A DNA stretch of 64,000 nucleotides from Octopus sinensis (Eukaryota), in the NCBI RefSeq assembly GCF_006345805.1, contig NC_043015.1:46748001-46812000 (forward strand), read 5' to 3'. Shown here in pieces: positions 1 through 13,112 of this stretch. The notes under the pieces are model-generated. The model saw only the letters and a list, made by a program, of their open reading frames with translations, was not told the origin of the DNA and made no database searches. The translations under genes were made by a program, and so were the position numbers. Positions within the stretch are counted from its first letter, which is position 1, and every line of letters begins with the position of its first letter.

Positions 1-554
1 CTAGCATTGCTTGACAACCGATGCTGGTGTGTTTACGTCCCCGTAACTTAGTGGTTCGGCAAAAAAGACCGATAGAATAAGTCCCGGGGTCGATTTGCTC
101 GACTAAAGGCGGTGCTCCAGCATGGCCGCAGTCAAATGACTGAAACAAGTAAAAGAGAGAAAGAGTATAGCAAAGGAGAATGGTTACCAGCCAGCCCAAA
201 AGTTGGGTCGGGGTGCACTTGCCTACCTTGGCTGCTTATGGCCGCAGTCAAATGACTGAAACAAGTAAAAGAGTAAAAGAGTGAGTATAGAGTATTGTTT
301 TCGCCAGTTATTTCCCTTGCATCATTTTCCGTATTAACTTTATTTACATCAATGACTTATTTCGTGTAATTTTCTTAAGTGTTCATTTCTATGTAGAAAG
401 AATTTCGTAAATTTAATATTCTCAACTATAGACCACTGTTCATCTCCAAATGCTGTTAAGTACTAGTTTGACGGTGGTTATTTCCTTGTCTTAAAAGTCC
501 TCTGTATTTGTAACGTGTCTTCACTATTCTTACTGTTGGAGCTTTCATCTTTCT

Positions 555-955
555 TAATAATAATAATGAAATTATTGTATACAGTGCTCAGGTGCACCAC
601 AACTTGTCAGAAAGTGCGTATAGAGTATATGCAGTAATGTACAAATGTCTGGAAAGCGAACAATGTATGAGTCAGATACATGCTTGGTTGTGTATGGAGG
701 GGAGAAAATCAGGTGTAGTGTTGGCGAATCTCAGGAAGCATGGAAGTTTTGAAGGATGCAGTGCTCTGACAACTAACAACCGATGCCGGCAGTTTGTTCC
801 ATGCTTCAGCAACTCTCAGCGTGAAAAAATGTTTCCTAAAGTCATGGGAGCTGTGCTGTTTTCTGACTTTGTAAATATGTCCACGGGTGTTAGACGGGTG
901 GAGTTTGAAAAGGTGCTCAGAGTTATTGTTTGTAAGATGGTTGATAATTTCTTAT
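555..955 (-). mobile_element. CR1/L2-group LINE 3' fragment
   Basis: Minus strand reads HLFKLHPSNTRGHIYKVRKQHSSHDFRKHFFTLRVAEAWNKLPASVVSCQSTASFKTSM, the TRGH...FF.RV...WN.LP...FK C-terminal signature, followed by a 3'UTR and (ATT)n tail. The same tail recurs at 27931-28020. Confidence 0.8.
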
Positions 956-2615
956 AGAATCATGCTCTCCATCTCATTCTTTGTCTGAAGGTATTTATTT
1001 TATAGATGATATCTCTTTTTGTATTCCTTTTTTGATGGTATTGGAGTATCTTTCATGGATATATTTATATTTATTATTTCCATTTTCTGGTAATCTGCTT
1101 TAGTCATTCAGTAAAATACTGAGTTTGTTTAAAGGTAAATTTCCAAAATTGGTTCATAGGGATATACAATCCTAGCAGGTACCATGTTCACTTTGACTGG
1201 TTAACAATAATACTGGTTAACCTCAGTGAATGTAGATGAACTCCACTTAGCTTATTTTTCTATCCTTAGTAGATTCTCACTTAGATAAATCCATATGTCT
1301 ATATAGAGACTGCATGTTGTCGGTAGAGAAGAAATGATAAATTATTAAATTATGAGAAAAGAGATTTGGTTGGACTAGTACTCTATTTAGATGGTGTCTG
1401 AAATGCAGTTAAATTGTACCCTGGCAAAACAGCATCAGTGATTAACCCCAAAATGCACATCATGCTGCAAAATTTTCAGTGTGCACTGACTTGCAACAGA
1501 AACCTATGTTGGTACTGACATGGAAAGATGTGATTAACTGTCACCTGTTTCTGCCTCTCTGTCTCTTTGTCACCCTCTAACCTTTCATCTTCTGACATGA
1601 GTTCCCCTCCTCAAATTCCCCTACCCCTCTCACAATTCCTTGTCTTGTGAGTTACACTGTAAAGTAGTTGGCATTTTGAAGGGCATCCAGCTGTAAAAAC
1701 CATGCCAAAACTAACATTGCCTGTGCTAGTGCCTCTTAAAAAGCACTGAATCCACTCTGCAGAGTGGTTGGTGCTAGGAAGGGCATCCAGCCATAAAAAC
1801 CCTTCCAAAACACACACAGCAGTCATAGGTAGTTTTTCTACCTGGCCAGCTACTGTGAACCTTCCTACCCTTGCATGCATGGAAGATGGACATTAAACGA
1901 TGATGATGATAATATATATTTCATGTATTTGTGTATATGTGATATATGGAGATGTGCATATATTTAGTCAAATACACCTACTTACAAGTAAAAGATATAC
2001 AGGCATAAGCTGTATGTATGTGTATTGTTTAGATAGATATACAGTGATGTGCGTAAATAGAAGAGTGTGTATAAGTGTGTACAGTATTTGTGGGTATCAT
2101 AAATATATATCAGCAATTAAATTCTTTACTAAGGCATACTAATATCTGTTAATAGATAATAAATCATTACTGTTCTATTTCCTCATTAGGGAACAACTTC
2201 TTTGAAGTGAATGTGCGTTCATAACACATTCAATTTATTAGCGTATGGAGACTTTAAGGCACCTAGTGTTTTGAAATTATTGTACCTCCTCAGTCACAGC
2301 TACTACCTACCAGCCACCCAGGATTACATCCCAATTGTATTTCAACTACCCTGAACTAATGAATTGAGTCCAGGGTGACTGGGATTTAATTGACTTAGGC
2401 ACAAGAAGACAGAATTCAGACATAGCTGAAGTACAATAAGTGAAACCAGTAGAAGAATACTCTGAATTCAATTGTCTTTAAAATGAATGCTCCTAAAACA
2501 GTGTTTCCCAACCTATTTTCCCCCAGGCTTCACTATAACTTTCCATAAATATGTATGCCCCACCAGTGATTGAAAAACAACTTTATTTTTAATATTTTTT
2601 CACAATTATTTAATA

Positions 2616-2936
2616 CAGTGGTTCTCAACCATTTTTTTAATCTATGGACCTCCTTGATTACTGTTTTACTCTGGTGCTCCCCTCCCCCCAGCCTCTCGGA
2701 TGTTTAAAGACTAGTTTTATAGAAACTTCTTTCAAAACCCCTGTTTTGTTTTTCACACATTAACTTGTGTAGGCTGAACTATTTAACATGTTAGAGAAAG
2801 AACCCTATCTGTTTCTTCCAATACATACATCAAAATCAAAATTTTTTTAATAGACCCTTAATATACTACTGTGTGGACCCCAAAAATATTATATGGGCCC
2901 CCAGGGGGCCATATGAACCCTTGCTGAGAACCACTT
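2616..2936. mobile_element. hAT-like MITE nested in an older hAT-like MITE (2499-3133)
   Basis: Termini cagtggttctcaacc / gctgagaaccactt with a perfect 8-bp TSD ATTTAATA (2608-2615, 2937-2944). Outer termini are cagtgtttcccaacc / ttgagaatcactg. Confidence 0.75.
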
Positions 2937-3277
2937 ATTTAATACAAAATAATCTACCAGTAACTCTTTATTTAAGTAGAGTACAAAAATTAGTACATTC
3001 TTGACTAAGAAATAAAAAAACAAGTGAATTGCTTTATTGAGAACCTCGTGCCTGGCAGCCTACGGCACCATGCCCTACCACCATTTTCCCAGGCCCCACA
3101 AGTGGGGCATTTATCCCACATTGAGAATCACTGCTCTAAATTCTATCAGCTTTTTAAATTCCTCCTGCACTACCAAGGTCACCTTATTAAGAAAAATTAA
3201 CCTTGTTCTTTGTTGAATGAGATGAATGCTATTCATTAAACTGCATAATTTTTGTATTTCACCAAAGTGCTTGGAAA

Positions 3278-3470
3278 ATGGCAATTGAAGAAGCCAGAGC
3301 AGTTCATGCAACCCGACGATTTTCAGACACATTCCGACCAGATCATCACCAAGGCATGGAGCCACCACCTTCTTATGCTGAGCTTTACAACCAACCTCAG
3401 ATTTTAACATATGCCACCAATGAGTATCCAACGGGCTATTCTGTGCATCATGTTAATTCTTTACCTTATG
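3278..3470 (+). CDS. Coding exon 1 of a small (106 aa) PPxY-containing protein with hydrophobic C-terminus
   Basis: Acceptor tttgtatttcaccaaAG ends at 3267, ATG at 3278. Frame MAIEEARAVH...EPPPSYAELY...VNSLPY+G ends at a canonical donor G|GTAAGT (3471), phase 1, matching the exon at 9506. Confidence 0.8.
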
Positions 3471-4570
3471 GTAAGTACACCATCAAAACAAGTACACACA
3501 CATATCACCGCTATTATTATTATTATTATTATTCTATGTTTGACTTTTGCTTTATATTTGTACAAGTTGGCTCCAAGTCTCACTCAGAGACCTCAAGAGA
3601 CAACAGGTTGGAAGTTTGTGATGTTGTTATTCCTAGTGTGCCAAAAAAAAAAACGAAAATAATGTTTGTTTTAAAACTTGAGATTACATAGAAAGTATTT
3701 TGCGTAGGATATGAGCAGTTCCCATGAGCACTATCTTTTGAATTTCTGCCATTTTGGGGTTTCCTGGTATCTGAGTTAGGTAGCGATCAGCCCCTTTTGC
3801 TATCATTCCCAGGGCACCTATGACAACCGGTATTATTATTATTATTAATAAGGCGGTGAGCTGGCAGAATCATTAGCATCTGACTTCATGTTCTGAGTTC
3901 AGATTCTGCTGAGGTTGACTTTGCCCTTCATCCTTTCGGGGTCGACGAAATAAGTTAATAAAAAAGGAGCTCTCCGTCAGTTGCGATGACGAGGGTCCCA
4001 GCTGATACGATCAACGGAACAGCTTGCTCGTGAAATTAACGTGCAAGTGGCTGAGCTCTCCACAGACACGTGTACCCTTAACATAGTTCTCAGAAAGATT
4101 CAGCGTGACACAAAGTGTGACAAGGCTGGCCCTTTGAAATACAGGTACTACTCACTTTTGCCAGCTGAATGGACTGGAGCAACATGAAATAAAGTGTCTT
4201 GCTCAAGGACTCAACGTGCCACCGGGAATTGAACTTGTGACCTTATGACCATGAGCCGAATACCCCTAACCACTAAGCCACATGCCTGCCGAAATAAGTA
4301 CTAGTTGAGCACTGGTGTCGATGTAATCGACTTAGTCCTCCTAACAAATTTCAGGCTTTGTGCCTATAGTAGAAAGGATTATTATTATATTAGCTTTCTC
4401 CAGGCTTTCGTCAGTTGGGTGAGATTTCTTGAGGCAGCATTATTCTATGCCAAGATGCCATGTCCAACCACTAGGCTGTGGAGATGTGTTGTTTATGCGG
4501 GACTAAATGTCTCAGCTGCTCAGGTTGTGTCAATGTAAACACACAGGGAGACGTGCACAAATACACATGT

Positions 4571-4620
<50 letters not shown>

Positions 4621-4621
4621 A

Positions 4622-4660
<39 letters not shown>
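4571..4660. repeat. (CA)n microsatellite (one of many; (TA)n, (CA)n, (AG)n, (CAT)n and (ATGT)n tracts occur throughout)
   Basis: Direct reading. Confidence 0.95.
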
Positions 4661-6449
4661 TATGAGACACATATATTTAGTCAAATACATCTGTCTGCAC
4701 AAGTAAAAATTATACAGGTATAAGCTTACACCTTGTTGAATATACAGGTACCAGCTTACACTGATTGCAGATGGTATTCATTTGCATGGTGACTATCTCA
4801 CAAAAAATTTAAAACATTTTATTTTTTGAGATATATTTGTCCAATTTGGGTCAGTTTGTTTTCATGACATGTTTTTTTGATCTCACTCATTTGACATCTG
4901 CTTTCCATGCTGGCATGGGTTGGACAGTTTGACTGAAAACTGGTAAACTTGGGAGCTGCACCAGGTTCCAATCTGATTTAGCATAGTTTATACAGCTGGA
5001 TCTTCTTCCTAATGCCAATCACTCCAAGAGTGTAGCAGGTGCTTTGTACATGCCACCAGCATGGGTACCAGTTATGAAATACTGGCATTAGCCATGACTA
5101 TGATCTCGGTTGGCTTCACAGGTCTTAAGCATGATATAATGCCAAAGGTCTCGGCCTCTTGTCACTGCTTCCGCGAGGCCCGAAGTTTGAATCGTACTTT
5201 TTACATGCCATCAACACAGGTGCCAATTATGTGATACTGACATTGGCCACGGCTATGATTTCACTTGGCTTGATAGTTCTTCTCAAGCACAGCATATCAT
5301 ACATATATTTATCTCAGATGGGAGCAGGTATGGCGATGTGGTTAAGAAAATTGTTTTGAAATAACAAGGTCTTAGGTTCAATCTCACTAACATTTATGAC
5401 GAGTGTTGTTTCTCATAACCTCATGTTGCCTTGACTTTTGAGAGTGGAATTGAGTGGATGGAAACCACATGGAAGCCTGTTAGATGCTTCAAAGATAGCT
5501 AGATGAAAAATCCTTCAATATCATCCTCTCCCTTACTTTTCTCTGTACCACTTTATCATGCTAGTCCAACATGGTTCAGTGCTTGGTCCATTACTCTTTT
5601 TAGTTTTGATATATGATCTGAAGTGTATTCATGAAAATGAGCTCAGTCTCTACCCAAATGACTCCCCCCACTCCCAAAATGTTCCAAACACCAGCTTAAT
5701 AATGACTAAATGTTATTTTACTATATTCTTCATTATTAATTCATTATTTAATTATTAATTGAATCAAGGGCAGTGTTTTTCAATAGAAATAAAGTAACAA
5801 AATATATAAAAGACATTTATGCAGTTTTTATGTATAGTCAGCGAAAGCACATGGTTCAGTGGTTAGAGTGTCAGGATCACAATCATGACGTAGTGAGGTC
5901 GATTCCTGGACCGGGCTATGTGTTGTGTTCTTGAGCAAGACGTTTCATTTCATGTTACTCCAGTTCACTCATCTGTAGAAATGAGAAGCAACGTCACTGG
6001 TGCCAAACTGTATCAGCATTTACTTTTCCCTTGGACAACATCGGTGGCACAAATATAATTGCCTGGAGAAGAAAATGCTGCAATTAGGTTAAACAGAAAT
6101 CTTGTAAGAAGAATAGCCAGGAAGAGAGACCTGAAAGTGACATTTGAGCCAGTGACATAAAACTTTTTGTTTTTGTGAAGGAAAAACTGAATGAATTAAT
6201 GCTTGCATTGTATTTTGGGAATTCTAACCTGTCCGCATAAAAATAATTTGATATTCTGAGTGTAATCAATAACAACAAAGCTGTATCAGCAGAATGTATT
6301 TTCCTAGCTTGCTAATTGAATAACGTAGACGTAGCTAGTGAACATGATCTGGACTTTATTGTCAATAGTGATTTGTATCAGACAAACCACATTTCAGAAA
6401 TATTGAATTTCTAAATGTCTCACTGAGATATGTATGGTGGTGGAGCGAT

Positions 6450-6900
6450 AGAGTGGTTGTATACTGTCAACTTAACGTGACAGTCCTGTAAGGGAATTAC
6501 ACCACCACTGTTTAGCCCTAGGAAGCATCGACGCTTCCTGTCGGCCTTGACACATTTCCTGTGACCTTATATATTTAGAAATTTGATATTTCTGATTTTG
6601 GTGATCAGTGAATAAACTTCACTGAAAATATACATATATATATTTACGAAGTCTAGACAAATATCTTCAGCTAGCAGGCCTTGCTACTCTAGACTGATGA
6701 TGGGCGAAGACCCAGAAATATGCATTTCCCTAGATGCAGGCCTAGCTGTTGGGAGTGCTTGTCTCCCCTTCGTAAATATATAAGGACACAGGAAATGTGT
6801 CAAGGCCGACAAGAAACGTCGATGCTTGCTAGGGTTAAACAGCGGTGGTGTAATTCCTTTACAGGACTGTCACATTAAGTTGACAGTATACAACCACTCT
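6450..6900. mobile_element. Fold-back element with arms of about 125 bp enclosing a hammerhead-like core
   Basis: Arms 6450-6573 and 6777-6900 differ at about 8 positions. There is an inner inverted pair tatatttacgaag / cttcgtaaatata, and the flanking 13-mer aaaccacatttca occurs at 6384 and 6901. Confidence 0.6.
6686..6735 (+). ncRNA. Degenerate hammerhead-like motif inside a fold-back element
   Basis: tctaga-CUGAUGA-UGGG-cgaaga-CCCA-GAAA-uAUGCAUuuc-ccuaga: core and stem II present; stem III and cleavage site imperfect. Confidence 0.45.
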
Positions 6901-8009
6901 AAACCACATTTCAAAAATCATCAAGAAGGCTGAGGGTATCTCAGTATCACTCAGTAAGATCTTTGTCATTTATTCTCAACAGGGTAAAAAGACATTCATA
7001 AAACTTCTACTTATAATTACTTGTCCTGTTCAATGTCTCTTCCATTAACAAACTCCCTACTGGCTATTACACCTTCTTTGTACTAAATCTTAGTACAGCA
7101 TGACTTTCTGCAAAGATCTAGCTACCCTGCAGAGATCATTAGCTAAAGACATCTGGCAATGTTACACAGTTCTAATTCTCTTCTCACACACTATAGTGAC
7201 CATTTGTCTATTCTATCCGCCATTTTTGCCGAACTAAGCTATGGGGGGAAACACATGGCCTAGTGGTTAGAGCAGTGGATTCGCAGTCGAGGGATCGTGG
7301 GTTTGAATCTCAGTCTATTGCTAGCTGCTTTATAACAGTATCCCCTATGCCTGTTCAAGTGACAAGCAGAATGATGGTTTTTTACAAAGTAGATAATTGA
7401 CTATATGTAAAGGGTAAAGGATAAAGACCCCCTTTGGTCATGAATGACCATGGGTTGCACCTAGAAAGTTACCCTCTGAGGTACAAGTCCAGGCAAGGTT
7501 GCTTATGGAAGACCAGCATGCCACCAATGTTATCCAAGGGAATAGTAAATGCTGATACAGTTTGGCACCAGTGACGTTGCTACTCATTTCTACAGATGAG
7601 TGAACTGGAGTAACATGAAATGAAACGCCTTTCTCAAGAACACAACACATAGCCCAGTCCAGGAATCGACCTCACTACGTCATGATTGTGATCCTGACAC
7701 TCTAACCACTGAGCCATGTGCTTTCGCTGACTATACATAAAAACTGCATAAATGTCTTTTATCCCTTTTGTTACTTTATTTCTATTGAAAAACACTGCCC
7801 TTGATTCAATTAATAATTAAATAATGAATTAATAATTAATAATGAAGAATATAGTAAAATAACATTTAGTCATTATTAAGCTGGTGTTTGGAACATTAAT
7901 TTTGATGTAGACCCAGGAGTAGCTGTGTGGAAAGATGTTTGCTTCTCAACCAAATGGTTCCAGGTTCAGTCCCACTGTTTGGTACCTTGGGCAAATGTCT
8001 TCTACTATA

Positions 8010-8240
8010 TATTTCTTTATTGCCCACAAGGGGCTAAACATAGAGGGGACAAACAATGACAGACAAAGGGATTAAGTCGATTACATCGACCCCGTGCGAA
8101 ACTGGTACTTTTTTTATCGACTTCGAAAGGATGAAAGCCAAAGTCGACCTCGGCGGAATTTGAACTCAGAACGTAACGGCAGATGAAATACTGCTAAGCA
8201 TTTCGATCGGCGCGCTAACGTGTCTGCCAGCTCACCACCC
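8010..8240 (-). mobile_element. SINE family B inserted in a SINE-A copy
   Basis: Flanked by a duplicated atgtct(t/c)ctactata of the host SINE-A. Confidence 0.85.
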
Positions 8241-8995
8241 TATGTCTCCTACTATAGCTTTAGGTCGACTGAAGCCTTGTGAGTGGATTTCATAGATGGA
8301 AACTGAAGGAAGCCTATCATATATGTATATGTATATCTATGTGTGTGTGTCTTTGTATCTGCGTTTGTCCCATCCCACCCCCATCACCACTTGACGACCA
8401 GTTTCGGTGTGTTTACATCCCCATAACTTGTTTGTTCCTTCTTGAGCTATGCCTGGCTCATAGGGCCGGTTTCCTTGGTGTATAGGTTCCCCACCTGGAT
8501 GGGATGCTGGTCTGTCACTGGTTAGCTACAAGATGCAGGAGGAAAGAGTGAAAGTTGTGGCGAAAGAGTCAGCAGAAGTTCACCATTACCTTCTTCCAGA
8601 GCCACGTGGAGCTTAGGCGTTTCGCTCATAAACACACACATCGCTCGGTCTGAGATTCAAACCCACGATCCCTCGACTGTGAATCCACTGCTCTAACCAC
8701 TAGGCCATGTGCCTCCACCCATGGCTTAGTTTTGCAAAAATGACAGATAGAATAAGTACCAGGCTTAAAAAATAAGTATTGGGGTCAATTTCTTCAACTA
8801 AAAACCATTTAAGGCGGTGCCCCAGCATGGCTGCTGTCAAATGACCTAAACAAGTAAAAGATAAGAGCTAGTTTTAGTTTAGATCACTTTGAAACAGGAA
8901 GCTTTATACCATTGAACCAGAGATGGTTTCTAACAAGTATGGTATCAGAAGGGCTGAAAATGTTGAAATTCTCACAAATGCATTTTCACTTTGCA

Positions 8996-9409
8996 TACTC
9001 TTTACTCTTTACTCTTTTACTTGTTTCAGTCATTTGACTGCGGCCATGCTGGAGCACTGCCTTTAGTCGAGCAAATCGACCCCAGGACTTATTCTTTGTA
9101 AGCCCAGTACTTATTCTATCAGTCTCTTTTGCCGAACCGCTAAGTGACGGGGACGTAAACACACCAGCATCGGTTGTCAAGCAATGCTAGGGGGACAAAC
9201 ACACACAAACACACACACACATACATATATATATATACATATATACGACAGGCTTCTTTCAGTTTCCGTCTACCAAATCCACTCACAAGGCATTGGTCGG
9301 CCCGGGGCTATAGCAGGAGACACTTGCCCAAGATGCCACGCAGTGGGACTGAACCTGGAACCATGTGGTTGTTTAGCAAGCTACTTACCACACAGCCACT
9401 CCTGCGCCT
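8996..9409 (-). mobile_element. SINE family A, full length
   Basis: Reverse complement of the family-A consensus seen in the other copies; abuts a SINE-C head at 9410-9458. Confidence 0.9.
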
Positions 9410-9505
9410 TACGATCATGATGCTGACACCCTAACCACTAAGCCACGTGCCTCCACACCGCATCCATGAGAAATATTTTTATCTTTTTCTTCTTTTGTTT
9501 TCCAG

Positions 9506-9633
9506 GTACCAGACAGATTTACGTACAAGAACCTTATCGCGAGCGTTATACCGGCTGTGACGTTGCAATGGGTGTGGCTACCGGTGCTCTAGTCGGGTCG
9601 ATGCTATGGTCACCGTTTTTGTGGTGGTGGTAA
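9506..9633 (+). CDS. Terminal coding exon of the same 106-aa protein
   Basis: Strong acceptor tctttttcttcttttgttttccAG|GT (9504-9505), phase 1. Spliced frame reads GTRQIYVQEPYRERYTGCDVAMGVATGALVGSMLWSPFLWWW-TAA (stop 9631-9633). Confidence 0.8.
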
Positions 9634-11513
9634 ACTTCATTATGAATGACCCCGTTAAGATTTTGCCCTGCATTATTCCACCTTTTCTTGTTTTGTTTCC
9701 CCTCATTTAAATAATTAAAATGTAGATCATTAAATGAGTTCATAGATATTTAAACACAAGCATGATGGTTCTGGTCATTTTGTTACATACTGAATATGAT
9801 AAAATTACATTTGATCTTACTGTAAGATCATTTGACTATATAACAGATACATTCTCAATGCATTCAAATTGCTTTGATTTATTTGTTCTTTTGTTTATCT
9901 CTTAGTAGGGGGGTATCTTTATCTGACTATGGACATTGGGCATGGATCCAGATCCGGTCTCCACTGTCCATTGTACAACACTTTGGTCTTGGTTAAATAG
10001 TGCCTCTTAAAATTTGGTAGAAGAAAACCATGCAGAAAATATCCACATGTACACACACGCACACATATAAATGATAAAGGAACAGGAATTAGTAAGTTCA
10101 ACATTACATAATCATCTGTTACTTTGTCACTTTTATCAATTTCATATTGTTTTGTGTGGAGGCGCGTGGCTTAGTGGTTAGGGTGTCAGCACCATGATCG
10201 TAAGATTGTGGTTTCGATTCCTGGACCGGGTGACGCGTTGTGTTCTTGAGCAAAACACTTCATTTCACGTTGCTCCAATCTACTCAGCTGGCAAAAATGA
10301 GTAACGCTGCGATGGACTGGCGTCCCGTCCAGCTGGGGAACACATACGCCATAGAAACCGTGAAACCGGGCCCATGAGCCTGACTAGACTTTAAAAGGGT
10401 GCATTTATTTTTATTTTTATTATGCTTTGTACCCAACTAATGTTTCATTCTAAAGAATATATATATTGAATTCAAACACCATGTCATCAGTATTGCTGTA
10501 TACCTAAGCAAAACATTGATACACACACACACATGCATGCACATACCACATATGCATTCAGTTATAGATTACAAGATTAAATTTCAGAAGCTGTTATTTC
10601 AAATTTCATATTACTGAATTTCAGAAATGTGAAACTTGCAGTAGAGGTTAGTGAAATTTTAAATAAGATAAAACTCTACAATATGCACAGAGCAGTCTTC
10701 CCCCCCTCCTTGGTCACATAGTATTTTTCTTTCTTTTCTTTCTTTCATATATACATGCATGTGTGTGTGTATGTGCATCAGTGTGTGTGTGTGTGTTTAT
10801 ATCAGGTGGACAAAATCTAATATATTTAAAATCTATATACTTTGTGGTATATATGTGTGTGACGTAGCTATCTCCCCTTAACTGTTTTGTTCACTTTCTG
10901 TTTTTTTAAAAAAATTTTTTATATATATATATATTATATAATTGACCATACAAATGCCAAATTAAGTATGTACTTGGCTTGCTATAATTGACTAAAAGCT
11001 GTGAAGACAGCGATATGATGTGGCTGCAGTCTTATGTCTAAAATCACTGGAACAATAAGAGTCCTATTTAAATGCCTGTAATATACTCTGGATTTAAGAG
11101 AAGAGATAGAAGCCACAGCAACACAGAATAAATATTTGGAAAAAGATATTAAAAAAAAGACTGATAAATATATTTCTAACAAACCCAAGTGTTTATATGT
11201 CTTCCTTCCCCTGCCATACACATTCACCATGTACCTAGTAAAAATTTGTTCTCAATAAGAATATGCAAAATTACCAGCTGCTTTCATACGCCTGTTTTTG
11301 TACCCCGTAGTTTTGAGTTCAAATCTTGCTGGGACTGACTTTACTCTCATCTTTTCCCGTTCTTGATTGATAAATAAATTACAGTTAATGGATTGAGGTT
11401 GGTTCAATCAGCTGTGCCTTTCTTCTTGCAGAGAAATACTCTTCTTGTATATAAAAAAAATAAAATGTGATTTTTCTAACTCTTTTGCACGTATTTTTTC
11501 AATTTTTTAATCA

Positions 11514-11668
11514 GAGTGGCTGTGTGGTAAGTAGCTTGCTTATGAACCACATGGTTCCGGGTTCAGTCCCACTGCATGGCACCTTGAGCAAGTGTCTTCT
11601 ACTATAGCCTCGGGCCGACGAAAGCCTTGTGAGTGGATTTGGTAGACAGAAACTGAAAGAAGCCCGTC

Positions 11669-11751
<83 letters not shown>

Positions 11752-11954
11752 CTGTGTTTGTGTATATGTTTGTGTGTCTATGTTTGTCCTCCAACATCGC
11801 TTGACAACCGATACTGGTGTGTTTACGTCCCTGTAACTTAGCGGTTCGGCAAAAGAGACCAATAGAATAAGTCTTGGGGTCGATTTGCTTGACTAAAGGC
11901 AGTGCTCCAGCATGGCTACAGTCAAACGACTGAAACAAGTAAAAGAGTAAAAGA
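11514..11954 (+). mobile_element. SINE family A, near full length (about 25 full or partial copies in the window)
   Basis: tRNA-like head (A box TGGCTGTGTGG, B-box-like GGTTCAGTCCC), CORE-like caccttgggcaagtgtctt segment, internal (TA)n(TG)n tract and (TAAAAGAG)n tail. Partial copies also at 1-285, 7918-8420, 14580-15124, 16632-17720, 35250-37260, 37885-38175, 61579-61700 and 62915-63800. Confidence 0.9.
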
Positions 11955-12663
11955 ATATTGTTCTGAGCTTAATTGCCCTTCTACCTTTGATTCAAGTTGA
12001 TACCTTATGAGTGGAATTTGGTAAAATTATGCCGAAACACCCATTCCATATGACTGTGTGTGTGTGTGCCATCTCCTCCTCCCTGGTCCATTATTACTTC
12101 CTTCACATCCTCCCTAAACTGATATTCACCATTGATCGTGCCCCCCTCCCTTGTCTGCCATTCATTGCATCATCTGTAACCTTACCTGTAACCATCTGTC
12201 ACTCACTCAACTCTCTCACAAACTTACCTGCTCCTCTTTCCAAGTTATGATCACCATTTTTTGTATAACACTGGATGATGACAGCTGCAACAGTGGCATG
12301 TATGTATGTATGTATGTATGTATGTATGTATACATACATACGTACATACATACATACATCATACATACATACATTCATTCATTCATTCATTCATTCATTC
12401 TATAATTATTACTTGAGGGAATATAAATCCAAAATTACAGGGAAAAAATTCAATTTAGAAATATTAAAACAAATTTCATATAATATATATATATATATAT
12501 ATAAAATTAGAAAAAAACCACCTTTTATCAATTCAAAATGAACAATTAAATTACACCATCTAGAAAATTACGTATAATAGAAGTATTAAAATAACAATAA
12601 AATATCAATGATTAAGTAAATTGCAAAAAAAATAATAAAAACGTATATAATTGGTAGAATAAC

Positions 12664-12717
<54 letters not shown>

Positions 12718-13112
12718 GGCACAGGAGTGGCTGTGTGGTAAGTAGCTTGTTTACCAACCACATGGTTCTGGGTTCAGTCCCACTGCGTGGCATCTTGGGC
12801 AAGTGTCTTCTGCTATAACCTTGGGCCGACAAAAGCCTTGTGAGTGGATTTGGTAGAAGGAAACTGAAAGAAGCCTGTCGTATGTATGTGTGTGTATATA
12901 TGTTTGGGTGTCTGTGTTTGTCCCCCTAGCATTGCTTGACAACCGATGCTGGTGTGTTTACATCCCCGTCACTTAGCGGTTCGACAAAAGAGACCGATAG
13001 AATAAGTACTGGGCTTACAAAGAATAAGTCCCGGGGTCAATTTGCTCGACTAAAAGGCGGTGCTCCAGCATGGCCGCAGTCAAATGACTGAAACAAGTAA
13101 AAAAAAAAAAAA
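12718..13112 (+). mobile_element. SINE family A, full length
   Basis: Colinear with the other family-A copies from ggcacaggagtggct to gaaacaagtaaaa. Confidence 0.9.

Noticed and set aside
592-957. 121-aa plus-strand ORF
   Set aside because: It is the antisense shadow of the CR1-like LINE fragment.
10156-10230. tRNA genes at SINE heads
   Set aside because: A and B boxes are present, but the sequences continue into SINE bodies and I could not fold a complete cloverleaf.
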